A DNA stretch of 64,000 nt from Zancudomyces culisetae HAW-14-8 (lineage: Eukaryota > Fungi > Kickxellomycota), in the NCBI GenBank assembly GCA_052426225.1, contig JBNJNM010000011.1:2356001-2420000 (forward strand), written 5' to 3'. A program made the translations under genes and the position numbers. Positions 22,723-34,942 of this stretch are shown piece after piece; the stretch's first letter is position 1, and each line of letters opens with the position of its first letter. The notes beneath the pieces were generated by a model that was given only the letters and a program-made list of their open reading frames with translations, had not been told where the DNA came from and ran no database searches.

Positions 22723-24747
22723 ATGGAATACTACTTGGATGGTAGCGCTGTGCCGTTGGTGTTTGTTAGAGGAAATACAGGAGAATATTATCCTTTTACT
22801 CAAGCTTCGGAGGCAAATCGAGGAGGTAGAGGAGGTTGTGTGAGCGGGGGACGGATATTTTCTCCACACGCCATTTCTAGACCAGAGATGATGGATTTTA
22901 AGCGGGAAAAACCAACAGGATATTCTGTACAATGCCCAAGAAACATTTATGAACTATGTCAAATACCAGAGCTGAAGGTACTACAGAAATCGTATTCAGA
23001 AATGGAAATCAAAAAATACAACGAGTTTTTATTTGAACTGGAAAAAAAATTGGAACTATCAAAGGTCAAGCAAGAGTTTCATCAAACCCAATTATACAAT
23101 GAACAGCAGGTTGAGCAGAGTTTAAGAAGAAAGTACAATGAAGTTGAAAAAAAGAAAAGGGAACTGATTGAGAAAATAGCACTGAATGCCAAGAGAGAGC
23201 GTATGCTGGAGAGAACCAGGAGCAGCCAGAACGACTTGAGGCCTGTAGGTCACGAAAAAATGGAAAGACCCACGGAAGAAAAAAAAATGGAGAAAGTTTG
23301 TGCTGGGGCAAAGCAATCCCCACAACGAGGGGATAACTCTCCACGTGTGGTGCAGGAGTTTGAGGGTCGCCAGAAGCGTCTGAGCGATGATGAAGAAGAC
23401 AGTGAAGATGAAGGAGATAGTGGTTATGACACACCACTAGGGAGACTACTCAATAGGCTAATGTGGCAGCATGAGCAAAGACAAAAACTTGAGAGAAGGG
23501 ATGAAGTCAAGCAAAAAGCGCTGGATGCTTTCCTGAAATCTTTTCTGGGCCAAGAGCTTCTTCCGAAGGCCAAAGATGATATGGACAAGATGATTACTGA
23601 AGAGTCAGGTAAAAAGAAAGAACATGTAGAGAACAGTCAGGGTAACCCTAAGAATGAGTCCACAAATAAAGTTGAAGAGGAGGCTATTGAACCTTCTAGC
23701 ACAGCACAATCACAGATGGATGTGGATGTAAATGTAGACGAGAAAAAACCAGAGGAAACCATCAGTAGTGGAGATGCGCACAGTCTTCAAGATTCGGCAC
23801 AGACACAAACGTATTATGTGACACCAGACTACTATAACAATGTCATGAAGGTGGTTGCAGATAGGCTGAAGCAGATGGATGAGGAAAAGAAGCCTGTCGA
23901 CTCTATACCCACATCGGAGAATGTCGCAGATACAAACAAGCGCGAAGAATCAAAGACCATTGTGGAGAATATGGTGGTAGAACCAAGCGAAGAGGTAGCA
24001 GATACCAAGGTATTTGAAAGTAGTCCAAACGAAAAGGGCTCTAGTGCCCGCTACTCTCAAGACTTTGGTACAGTGGCTGATATACTCTCAGCAAAAGAGC
24101 GCGCGCAGAGACAGGTTCATGAATTCGAAAAAATTAAGCACAAATCTCGCAGAAGACACAAAAAAAGGGGGAAGGGTGTTCACGAAGATGGTGTTCGTAC
24201 AGACTCAGCAGATATAGGTGGAAAAGGAACTACTAAAAACGATTCTACGGCGGAGACCGAAAAAAACGAGAAATTGCACCCATTGGAAAGCGAGCCAAGC
24301 AGAAGTGAACCCAATGAACAACAAAAAAACGATTCTTTAGATATGGGCGATATAGAGGTACAGCAAGCCGATGAAGTCAGCAAATCAATCTCAGCGTCGC
24401 TGGAAAAAATCGAAAACGTTTCCAAAAAGGTCAACCTTCTGCGCAGAAATTATGAACAGTCGGCATTTTCGAACCCACTCGAATTTTCAATGAATCCACA
24501 AGGTGAAGTGGTGATTTCGTTTAGTAAAAACACGAAATCTTTTAAATATTACTCCGAAGCACTGCTCAGACATCTAGAGGAGCTGGATAGCATCAGAAGC
24601 TATGGAAATGAAACCGTCAGGTTGAACAGGAAACGAGTAGTTAGTGAGATCAATAGGCTGTTGGATGGTCTAGATTCATATCTCGAATCACAGCGTGCCG
24701 ACTACTTGGCAGATACCTCTAGTGTATCATCAGCTCTGTCTGACTAG
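22723..24747 (+). CDS. BAG-domain protein (Hsp70 co-chaperone) with long charged/disordered N-terminal region, 674 aa
   Basis: C-terminal YSEALLRHLEELDSIRSYGNETVRLNRKRVVSEINRLLDGLD matches the BAG consensus (E-L-x-x-x-L-x-x-LD-x-I...R-x-x-RK-x-x-V). Confidence 0.85.
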   Translation: MEYYLDGSAVPLVFVRGNTGEYYPFTQASEANRGGRGGCVSGGRIFSPHAISRPEMMDFKREKPTGYSVQCPRNIYELCQIPELKVLQKSYSEMEIKKYNEFLFELEKKLELSKVKQEFHQTQLYNEQQVEQSLRRKYNEVEKKKRELIEKIALNAKRERMLERTRSSQNDLRPVGHEKMERPTEEKKMEKVCAGAKQSPQRGDNSPRVVQEFEGRQKRLSDDEEDSEDEGDSGYDTPLGRLLNRLMWQHEQRQKLERRDEVKQKALDAFLKSFLGQELLPKAKDDMDKMITEESGKKKEHVENSQGNPKNESTNKVEEEAIEPSSTAQSQMDVDVNVDEKKPEETISSGDAHSLQDSAQTQTYYVTPDYYNNVMKVVADRLKQMDEEKKPVDSIPTSENVADTNKREESKTIVENMVVEPSEEVADTKVFESSPNEKGSSARYSQDFGTVADILSAKERAQRQVHEFEKIKHKSRRRHKKRGKGVHEDGVRTDSADIGGKGTTKNDSTAETEKNEKLHPLESEPSRSEPNEQQKNDSLDMGDIEVQQADEVSKSISASLEKIENVSKKVNLLRRNYEQSAFSNPLEFSMNPQGEVVISFSKNTKSFKYYSEALLRHLEELDSIRSYGNETVRLNRKRVVSEINRLLDGLDSYLESQRADYLADTSSVSSALSD

Positions 24748-24973
24748 TTGTTCTCACCTTCTATATTCCACTTTCACGCATTTATTTTTGTTATTTACGT
24801 ATTTATGTTTATTAGAATCGATTTTAATTAAACAAATGAAAAGGAATAAATATTATTAACCCATAAGGAATTAAATGTAGGACAGTGTGAGTCCCATACA
24901 GTGAAATATATCAGCTTAAATTTTACAAAAACTACAAAAAAAAGGATAAATCTAAAAAAGTAGGTTGGTTGTG

Positions 24974-27118
24974 TTAAATGTATCTCCTTCTTTTTCCCTG
25001 TCGTGTGATTGCAAGTCCTGATGGAAGACCTTTACGCTGCTCTATCCACAGCTCTTTGGCAAGTTGACTAGTTATTCGCAACACACGCATATATTCCTCA
25101 TGGAGACCCGACATATCCTTTTCCAACTCCTGAATAGTTTTGCTATAATCTTCCCCTACAAAAATACAAAAGATACCATGGTTGTTAAGTGAACTACTTT
25201 GCTTATATACCCATATATTGGCATTTATGTGCATAAACTTTCTATGTTGGTACTCACATCCAAGCATTTGCTCGTATATATTATCCGGTTTTGGCGACGG
25301 TTTATAGTTAACTATACTATTTCCACCGCCTTTGGCGTTCTTCGCACCTCTACCTTTGCCGTTTCTTCCTTGTACACGTTTCTCGCCGCCCCTGCTCTTA
25401 ATGGCCGGGGGAGTGCTTTGGTTGCTATGAGTCTCCAGTTCATCCTCAGACCCTATTTACCATCATATAATTTTTTCAATTGTCAATTACCCATTATCAA
25501 CTACACTCTACTGCAAACTTTTAAATAAATACACTGAAAAGGCCACCAAGTTCTGGGGGTTGAAGGCTATTTTATCCCTTTTTGTAAAGTGCATACTATA
25601 ATCCAAAGTCACATACCTCGTTTTTTAGCCTTATCAACCTTCTCTTTTTTAGCCCACTCACTCCACATAAAGTTTTGCGGTAGTGTGTCAGTGTTAATAT
25701 AGTTTAGTGCGCTTTGGATTCCAGCATCATTGAGAAACTCTTGTCCATATTTGTTTTCAAACGTGATGAATGGTTCGTTCTTGGGGTTAAACACTTTTAA
25801 TTCCGAGTACGAAACAGCTGAGCTATGTTAATTTTGAAAAACCAAAATTCAAAGGGAATGAACATATGTGTATCAGATTACAAAATTATTAATTAAACGG
25901 CTTTTGATACTAAAACTTATGAGTGTCTGATCAAGCTGTTTATACTGGTGCTTTTACCACCAGCTTCTCAATAAAACAAAATGTAGTTTTTTTTAACTTA
26001 CAATTTATTATCTTCGAAATATCTTACAACACACTCGCCTTCGCCAACGTCACCGCAGTTCATGCTACTGTCGATTTCGTTCTTTGGTACTATCTATATG
26101 TTTCAAGTACAACACAAATTGAGCACTTTGTGGATATGATGCATAGACGATTTTTTATATTCTAGCGAATATATGTGCATATATATATATACATGTATTT
26201 ATACATTATAAAAGGTGCAGTGATAGATAAATCAAACTTCCAACCTTGGTATCCAATGGTCACACCGACATTCCCAATAAAAAGAATACCAAAAATATGG
26301 GTGAGGGGACGGTTTTTCTAGAAATTTTCTACACTTACCATTGCTGCCCACCAGTATTTTGCTTCCTTATCCAGGGGATCGACAAATACCGCTCTTCTCA
26401 CGTCCCAAAACGAATTATTGACCTTTTTGCTGTTTTTTTGCTTGTCGACCCCCTTAGTACTATGTGTATCATCTTTACTCTCAGGAGAGCTGGCAGATTC
26501 CAGCACCTGCATGATTAAATTCTCACTATTTTCACTATTAATCGCACTGTTTACGGCGGTATCTGCTAAATGTTTCTCAAAAGGCAGGGGTTCCTCAATG
26601 TTGGACTCACCCACCTTTTCGACACCCTTATCCTCTATATGCTTTTTTTTGGTTTCCATGACTTTCTTAGTATGGTTTAGCTGAGTATCCAGAATCTCTG
26701 CGTCTTTATTCAATTCTTCTTTATTATCACTCGCAGGTATTGTTTCAGTGTAAGGATTTTCTCCTTCTTTTCCTGAGAAAGAGCCCTTCTCTTCTGCTTG
26801 TATAGATGCTACTGAACCCGAATTTTGCTCAACAACGCATTCTTCGTTTTGTTTGCCATTTTTTGTTTCAGCAACAGCAGTGTTTTTTTCGTTTGATGTT
26901 TCAAACTGCTTATCAGCCTCAAGTATATGTTCGTGCTTTAGTGGCTCGGGTTCTTCACGTGGTTTATAAGTTTCCTTGTTGCCGTTCTCTAAAGGTAATT
27001 TATGTAGGCTATCTGAGCCATATTGTTCAGGGTTGGGCTTCTTTTCTTGTACACTGTTTTTCTCGTTATTTGAGAGTGATACTTCAGTTTTCTCAACACT
27101 CTTGGTTTCCTTCTCCAT
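24974..27118 (-). CDS. PWWP/Tudor-like domain chromatin protein; predicted exons 27118-26339, 26093-26002, 25822-25617, 25452-25258, 25155-24974
   Basis: Spliced frame: acidic N-terminus, AVFVDPLDKEAKYWWAAM|IVPKNEID...CVVRYFEDNKF|SAVSYSELKVF..., C-terminal coiled coil and basic RQGKRRR. Canonical GTAAGT/GTATGT/GTGAGT donors and TAG acceptors. Confidence 0.8.
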
Positions 27119-28540
27119 ATTTGTCTATTTCTTGTGTAATATTATGAAACGCTTCAGCTTGACAAAGATCGTCCTTTGAGATAGCGGTAATACTTATTTT
27201 TTATTCTCTATTATTATTTTCCATTTAGACAATTAATAAAGGTTAATAATAAAAATATAGAACTCTTGATGTCTTGCATCCTATTTTTTTGAACACAAAT
27301 TTCCTTGATGTGTTTTAAACCTAATTTTATCCCTTCCATTTAGCTAACATAAATCGAAGCTATTAGCTTTAGAGTTCAGGGTTCGCCAATTTGCGCAAAA
27401 AATAAAAGCGTAAAAAACAGTAGATGGGGGCAAAATACAAAAAAAAAAGTAATTCTTTTATGGGATTTATCTATCCAATCAGAGTTGAGTAATTACACCA
27501 CCAATCATCAGTTGATTGTTTTTGTTTTTCTGTTCACATATTTTTTTTTTTACAACTATAACGCAGTACGAGTTGGATTTTTGTCTTTCCCACCACTCGA
27601 TTGAGAAAATGAACACAATTCAACAATCTCATAAAATAATGGTAAAAGCTGATGCAATAATGTATGATGGAACATTTTAGCGCAAAAAGACAAGAATAAC
27701 CTGCTAAATAAAAGCACTGTTGCACCCATGCACCGCCTTGAGAAGAGTTAGTAAGAAAGGAGAAAAGAAAAAAAAGAAAGGGAACTGGAAAGAAAAGCAG
27801 CAGGGGTTGAGCAGTATTGCTGTCCTATCAGTCGCTTCACCGCTCCTGAATAAAATATATCATCTCTCCTTATATGCTTTCTGTGATTTCACTCATTTTG
27901 GTTTTGTAAGCTTTTACCCTGATAATTTTAGAAGCTATAAGGGTAAATCATACAGGATTTCCAAAGATCCAGGAACATATGTATAGTAGCACACAACTTC
28001 TAGTGCTTTTGATGCCTCCGGCTAAATGCGAGCAAATACAAGAGAGCTTTTTTATTTATTTGGAGATAGCCACTTTCTAATCTGGAGGAATTCTACGCAG
28101 CGATCGCCTACACCAATTTGTGACTTGCTCAATATGGCTTAGCCAATGGCAATGCGGATTGAGTTTAGTTTCATCTCATTTTATCTCGTTTTTATAGATA
28201 GAAAAGCAGGAATTACCAAAAAGAGGAATGGCACTATTTTTGAGGTAGTGCGCAAATGAAAAAGCAGGATAATTAGCTGGAATTCTTAGTATCAATTCTA
28301 TTGACTATGAGTTATGTACTGGGGATGTGTTGATTCACATTCTGAATTGTCAAATTAAGCTAAATTTTCAATACTGCATGTTTTACCTCCAGAAAAATAA
28401 AGGATACTGAAACAAAGGGAATACGATTTGCAATAGCCAAAAAAACAGACAATTATTTGGCTATAGAAAACGTCGCGTCGCTGACAAATAAACTTCATAC
28501 AAAGAGTACAAGGGATATATAATTCCGAAGGGCGATAAAA

Positions 28541-30112
28541 ATGGCACGGGATACCGACACGGAGGCAAGACAGCTCCATGAAGATAACGTATACCTGAAC
28601 AGAAGAATTACTGATCAAAATGAAAGAGACGGCTCCTCGGATTTTGGACAGGGCGAGCAATTGGGGGTGGTACATATGAACAGCAGAATCACTTCTTATT
28701 GTTTAATGTGTGGAATCTTTGTATCATTGGCAGCTTTTCAAACCGGATATAAAATCGCAGAGCTAAATAACCCAAAAGAAAGCATAATAAACTGTGAAGA
28801 AAAGAATCCTGGGCGATTACCTTTATGTCTACCAATGACCGAAAATTATTTTGCCTTTGCGACTTCTATATTTGCTATAGGCGCGTTAGTGGGCTCGTTT
28901 GTCGCGGGACACCTTGCCAACTCATATGGTAGAAAAAAGAGCATATTATATAACAATGTAATATATTTTATTGGCTCAGGCCTTGAGGCCTTTGCGGTGA
29001 GCCCTTTGATGCTGGTATATGGACGGTTTATCTGTGGGGTTGCTAGTGGAATTGCAGTTGTGGTTACCCCGATGTATCTAACCGAGATAGCGCCTATTCA
29101 CTCTAGGGGTTCGTTGAACATGCTAAATCAAATTAATATTGTTGTTGGAATACTGGTGTCGCAGCTGATGGGATATTTCTTTGGCAATGGATCACAATGG
29201 AGGATTATTCTTGGCCTTGGAATGGGTATCAGCGCGTTACAAGTGATTTTGCTTCAAAATGTTGTTGAAAGCCCAAGGTTCTATTTTATTCACAACAGGA
29301 ATAAAGAAGCCGAGGACGCGCTCAAAAGACTACGCCGCATCAACAATGTTACTCAAGAGCTAAATAGTTGGGTAGAAAGCACAAGTAGAGAGTCAGAAGA
29401 GTTACTTGAACACCAGGGTGATGGTGGACATGTGTCTGGAGTAGTTTTTAATGTAAACGCCAGCTATGCAGAAACCAAACATTATTCTATTTTCTCAATC
29501 CTAAAAGAGAGAAAATACCGTTGTCCACTAACTCTTGCGGTTATTTTACAGCTTGGCCAGCAGTTTTCCGGTATAAATACAGTATTTTTTTACTCGACGA
29601 GTATATTTTCGTCAGTGTTCTCACCGGAATTGAGTGTAATACTCACACTATTGGTTGGGTTTGTAAATGTATTGTGTACGTTTGTCGCAGCCCTAGTTGT
29701 TGACAAAACGGACCGCAAATTTTTGTTATTCGCATCAATGGGATCCATGTTCCTGAGTTTGGGGTTGCTTACACTGGCAACTGTTTACAATATTGGGTAT
29801 ATGATGGTATTTTCAATATTTCTGGTTGTCGCATCATTTGCTCTGGGATTTGGACCCCTACCATTTTTGATAGTAACCGAAATTTTCGATTCAAAGGCGA
29901 TAGCTGCTGGGAGCTCATGGTCAATTGCAACCAACTACCTGGGCACATTTCTGGTGGGGTCTACGTTTTTCTACATACAATCGCTTTTTGGAAAGTATGC
30001 ATTCGTTCCGTTTATGGCGTTTCTTGTATTTTTTGGAGTTTTGTACCATGTTCTTTTACCAGAAACCAAAGGAAGATCCGTTGAGCAGATTTCAAGGTCA
30101 TTTAGGTTTTAA
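28541..30112 (+). CDS. MFS sugar porter (GLUT/SLC2A-like hexose transporter), 523 aa
   Basis: YGRK, GRFICG, PMYLTEIAP..RG, VESPRF, QQFSGIN.VFFYS, GFGPLPFLIVTEIF, LPETKGR motifs; about 12 hydrophobic segments. Confidence 0.95.
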   Translation: MARDTDTEARQLHEDNVYLNRRITDQNERDGSSDFGQGEQLGVVHMNSRITSYCLMCGIFVSLAAFQTGYKIAELNNPKESIINCEEKNPGRLPLCLPMTENYFAFATSIFAIGALVGSFVAGHLANSYGRKKSILYNNVIYFIGSGLEAFAVSPLMLVYGRFICGVASGIAVVVTPMYLTEIAPIHSRGSLNMLNQINIVVGILVSQLMGYFFGNGSQWRIILGLGMGISALQVILLQNVVESPRFYFIHNRNKEAEDALKRLRRINNVTQELNSWVESTSRESEELLEHQGDGGHVSGVVFNVNASYAETKHYSIFSILKERKYRCPLTLAVILQLGQQFSGINTVFFYSTSIFSSVFSPELSVILTLLVGFVNVLCTFVAALVVDKTDRKFLLFASMGSMFLSLGLLTLATVYNIGYMMVFSIFLVVASFALGFGPLPFLIVTEIFDSKAIAAGSSWSIATNYLGTFLVGSTFFYIQSLFGKYAFVPFMAFLVFFGVLYHVLLPETKGRSVEQISRSFRF

Positions 30113-31009
30113 TACTTGTTTACATTTTATTGAATGTTTTTTTCTTCCCTAGATATTTATCGTAATGTTGAAATCAGTATATTCGGACATTTGTGTCTGT
30201 TGGTTTTGTTTTTTAATGTGAAACGAAAGATAGACAGTATCCAGGTTTTGTGCTAAGCCAAATATGTATGAACTTTCCACTTGCTGAAATTTCCGCATAC
30301 TTTCAAAAAAAGTTCAAGTGGTGATACTTTATCCTACTGGAAGGAATCAGTTCGGATACAAGCGTATACAAATACCAGCCCCAACTGTCGATACTGGGCA
30401 GCAAAGAGTAGGCTATTGGGACATAATAGATCTAAATATTTCATAAATCCGCACAGAACTAGGATGGTTCAATTTATTTAGGCAAAAAATAAATAATAGG
30501 TGAAATCAATATCCACCTTGAGACGAAAACCAAACGAGTTTTGCAACTGGCTGGATCAACAGGCAATATCCAACTTTTTTAGGAACCATATACGTGAGTT
30601 TTGCTTTGTTAATTTTTGTTTGCAATTAAGAATAGTTGATTCAAGGGCAAATAAAAGGAAGGCGTAAGAAACATGAACCGCCGAGCGGTTTTGCTGGTAA
30701 ATCGATACAATGGATTGTTTGTCCTACCAAATACCAGAGATACAGAAGACCCAAATTTCGAGAAAAAAATGTTGTAGCACTTGGTCAAGAGTTATTTGGT
30801 TTAAGCGAATAGATCTGGCCGTGATATGCACAGACACCTATTTGGCAATGTGTAAATACAAAAAATAGAGCTTCTATACATAATAGTAATATTCTTACTA
30901 TTAATACTAAAATTATTAATAGAAAAAGAGGATACTGGTTGTTGCAAGCCGGTAAATAATCTTACCACCTACTTCAAGACCACAGTTGGTATTTATGTAC
31001 CGCCGAGAT

Positions 31010-32145
31010 GTTTTTTGTTGGGGCTGCGCTCGAGGCATTCTTAGTAGCTCCAGCAATGCTTATATCTGGAAGGTTTGTTAGCTGATTGGGTAGTGGGGTT
31101 GCAATTGTTGTTTCGCCAATGTATTTGACAGAGATAGCTCCTGTAAAGTCTAGAGACTCACTAAACTTACTGAGTCAGCTTGCTATTGTGCTAGGTATAA
31201 TGGTTTCTGAGCTCATGGAATATTTCTTCAAGTCAGGTTCGTTGTGGCGAAATGTTTTTAGGTTTGGAATGGTTGTGGGTATTTTACAAGCTGTTTTGCT
31301 TCACTTTGCTGTTGAAAGTCCCAACTTCTATTTCATCAGTAACAAACAGGACGAAGCTGAAAATGCGCTAAGAAAATTACGTGGATGTCACAATGTAAAC
31401 GCCGAGTTAAATAGCTGGACTGCAAAGCTTGCGATTGGATCTGCATATTTACCATCAGATAAAGAATTAAATGGTTCAAATGGTGCCAAAAAGACCAGAG
31501 GTGGTGCTAACCACTATTCAATCTTGACAATATTTACAAAAAGTAAATACTAATATCCACTCATCCTTGCGATTCTCTTGCAGCTTGGTCAGCAACTCTC
31601 GGGAATAAATACAGCCTTTTTTTTACTTGACAAGCATATTCTCATCTGTGTCCTCTCCTGAAATGAGCACAATTTTCATGCTTATAGTAGGAGCTGTAAA
31701 CATTTTGTTTGCTATTATTTCTGTCTTTATTGTCGATAGAATGCAACGTAGAACACTACTTTTTGCCTCTATGGGTGCTATGTTTGTGAGTCTGGGCCTA
31801 CTTACAATAGCAATTGTCCTTAATATAGGGCAAATGATGGTAGTATCAATATTCTTGATAGTTGCGTCCTTTGCGCCAGGATTTGGCCCCTTGCCATTTT
31901 TGATAGTAACCGGAATTTTTGATTCAAGGGCAATAGCTGCTGGGGGATCCATAGCTACATTTGTGAATTATCTAGGGATGTTTTTGGTAGGGTCTACCTT
32001 TTTTCAGTTACAATCGGTATTTGGTGATTATGTACTTGTGGTTTTTATGGCGTGTATTCTGATACTGGCAGTGCTTTACTGGTTTCTGCTACCTGAAACA
32101 AAAGGAACGGCAATTGAGGGTATTTCAAATTTGTTTTTGTTTTAA
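31010..32145 (+). pseudogene. Truncated, disrupted tandem paralog of the MFS sugar porter
   Basis: Colinear with the intact gene from about TM3/4 onward. In-frame TGA at 31083 (Gly codon in paralog), TAA at 31551, and +1 T frameshift in the T-run at 31617-31624. N-terminal helices not found. Confidence 0.85.
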
Positions 32146-32915
32146 AAAAACGGGAGTGAGGGTTAAAGTGTTTTTATTTTATTCATACTTGGTATTTTTT
32201 AGGTAAGTTGATTGCTATAAAGAGTTTAAAATACATATCTTTCTGAGGAAAAAAGAAAGTAAAAGTATATCTGGTGTACTAATGTGTACAGTGCTACTTC
32301 TCGAATATGGTAAAAGCCGAGTTATGATGCCAGACCTGTACTAAATTAAACAAAAGGGGAATAATTAAAAGAAAAAAAAACGACAATTCTGACGAAAAAT
32401 ATGCTTGAAGAAGGGGAGGAGTGTTAAAAAAAAGTATTCCTGCCGCCTACTTTAAGATTATTTCCTACATGAGCACAGATAGATGAAGAATTATTCCGTT
32501 CGGTATGGTTTGTTGGGCAAATAGGAATGTATATATTAGAGTAATAATACATTTTAATATAGACACTTTTTGTCCAAGAAAAACTAGAGAAATTAAAGTA
32601 AATAAAGAATGTATTTATATACGAATTCTGGCAAATAGGTGATATGCGTTTCTTTTTAGTCTTTATTTATTTATTTTTAGGCAGAGCATGAATAATTGAT
32701 TATTCCATCGCTTTTTTTTCTTTTACCAAAAAGTTACACTAAAAAATAAAACCAAATAAAAAAGGATATAATATCAAGAGTTTTAATATTTTGTTTTGTT
32801 TTGTTTTGTTTTATTCTATTTTATCGAGCATATCCCCATTGTACTAAAATCTTACTTACGTAGCAGAAAACGACGGACTAGCGACAAAGCAAACGAGAAA
32901 AAACAAAAAAGCAAA

Positions 32916-34664
32916 ATGGTTGATAGATGCAAAACGAAAAGTGCAATAGTGGCAATAGGACTCATCAAGTTGGTGCTGATGGTTTTGTTCGAAGATTTTA
33001 TAAATGAGAAAATCGCGACCTTGCCTGAGCTCAGCACTCCGGCCAATTCCTTTAAAAGATGTAAACCACAATATTTAATATATTTTAAAAAAGGGTGGGG
33101 GATACTTTTCTAGATATTGTTATGGGATATTTAAAGCAAAAAGGATAAATACTGATAAAATAGTAAAAGAAGGGATATTTTTGACCAGATTGGGAATCTC
33201 TCCGTATGAAGGAAGCGCCTGCCATCATGTAATTTTTGATATATCTATGTGATTGTGTATTCTCTAGAGGTGTGCTTAGAAATTATCGATTTTAAACTAA
33301 CATTTCGACATTATTTTTCTCTCGAAAAACAAACAACCAATAGTCGCCGCTGTTGCTGATGCTATTCAGCATATTTGAAAAGTACGGTAAAATACTGGTG
33401 AATTTCGTTTTTGTAGCAGCAGAGATGCTGACAGCGTATGGACTGAGTCAAATAAACCACCTAAAAAAAGAACGCACGAAGGCGGTGACTGTAACACAGA
33501 CAGATACTGATAAATCAATTGGGATGAAAAGCCAGAATGGGATCTCGGATACTGCAATCGCAATATTGTAAGAAAGATAGTGTGTTTAATATTTGGGTGT
33601 TTAATATTTGGGTGTTTAATATTTGGGTGTTTAATATTTAATAACGTTTACAATTCTTACCAATATTTGTAAAAGTGCTAAATAACGGTATTAATTATTC
33701 AAAAAAAAACGATATGAATATAAAAAATGTATAGTTACATGTGTAATCCGTATATGGTGGGTGTAGCAATAGCCAAGTCATCAAATGTATTTGAGTATAT
33801 GGGAATAGTTTTAGCTATATATAGCGCCATGAGAGGTAATTAAAATATTACATTATAAATGATATACCAGCAGGGTAAATTAGTAGGAGGAATAAGCTAA
33901 AATAAAAAAGTGCGATTGGGGCAATTATTATAGGAAAAACGGTACAAGCTGGGATTTGGATATCGATTGCGACATTTGTGTCAGTATACCCGGTGTTGTT
34001 GGTATACCCAATAATGTTAATAATCGCAAAGGAGTTTAGACCTAACAAGTATATGGTAAAGGGGCTTTTGACGGTAGTGGGATGTGTAGGGGTATTTCAT
34101 ATCCTGAGTACGATGGTATACGGAAAGGAATACTTGGATGCAACGGTGGGATTTGTACTTGGTGTAGAAGATCTACAACCAACAGTGGGACTGTACTGGT
34201 ACTTTTTTATAGAGATGTTTACAGAGTTTGAGAAATTCTACAAGGGAGTATTTCATATGAATGTAGTGGTATTTGTGATTCCTACTATATACAAATTCCG
34301 CAAGGATGCGGTGTTTGCAAGCATGGGACTAGTGGGGATAATAGGATTGCTGCGTGCGTATCCAACGCTTGGAGAGATGGGGTTGCTTTTGACGATTGCG
34401 TTGATATACGAAGAGTTGTTGAAATATCTGAGCTATGCTATACTGGGCGCAGGGTTGGTTGTTTCGGGGACAGTTTTGGCGCCGTCGTTCTGGTCGTTGT
34501 GGATTTATAAGGGAACAGGAAATGCGAATTTTTACTTTGCGGCATCACTGGTGTATTCTATAGGGTATTTGTTTTTGTTGATAGATTTCTTGACGGCAAA
34601 GGTTAGAAAGGATATTGATGATGAAAGACCTGATTTGAGAGAGAAAAAGATATCTCAAAGATGA
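32916..34664 (+). CDS. GAB1: GPI transamidase subunit PIG-U/Gab1; exons 32916-33060, 33164-33228, 33344-33567, 33735-33835, 33934-34664
   Basis: Spliced frame gives ELSTPANSFKR|LKEGIFL..GISPYEG..CHH|SPLLL, YMCNPY...AKS, DLQPTVGLYWYFFIEMF and LWIYKGTGNANFYFA, all PIG-U signature segments. Confidence 0.93.
33582..33639. repeat. 15-bp minisatellite (GTGTTTAATATTTGG) x~3.9 in PIG-U intron 3
   Basis: Read directly. Confidence 0.95.
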
Positions 34665-34693
34665 ATAAATGTGATTGTAACAAGATGAGAAAT

Positions 34694-34723
34694 GGAACAG
34701 AACGGAACAGAACGGAACAGAAC
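34694..34723. repeat. 10-bp tandem repeat (GGAACAGAAC) x3 between the convergent PIG-U and COG7 ends
   Basis: Read directly. Confidence 0.9.
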
Positions 34724-34942
34724 GAAAGTTTGAGAAAGAAAAACTCACCAAATGAATTTGGTTGTAGCTATCTTTGTTGTCTTTTTTTTTTTCAAGATTG
34801 GTTGGATGGTTGTTTATAGGTATTATTATTTTGCTATTATTATTGTTATTGTTATTATTAGAAGAGGAATAAAAGAAAAGTGAGATAAAATTATAAGTAT
34901 ATAGCAAGAATGGATTTATATGAGTAAAAAAAAATGAAATGT

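Noticed and set aside
33582-33639. Short direct repeats considered as CRISPR or telomere-like
   Set aside because: Head-to-tail without spacers, inside an intron of a eukaryotic gene; an ordinary minisatellite.
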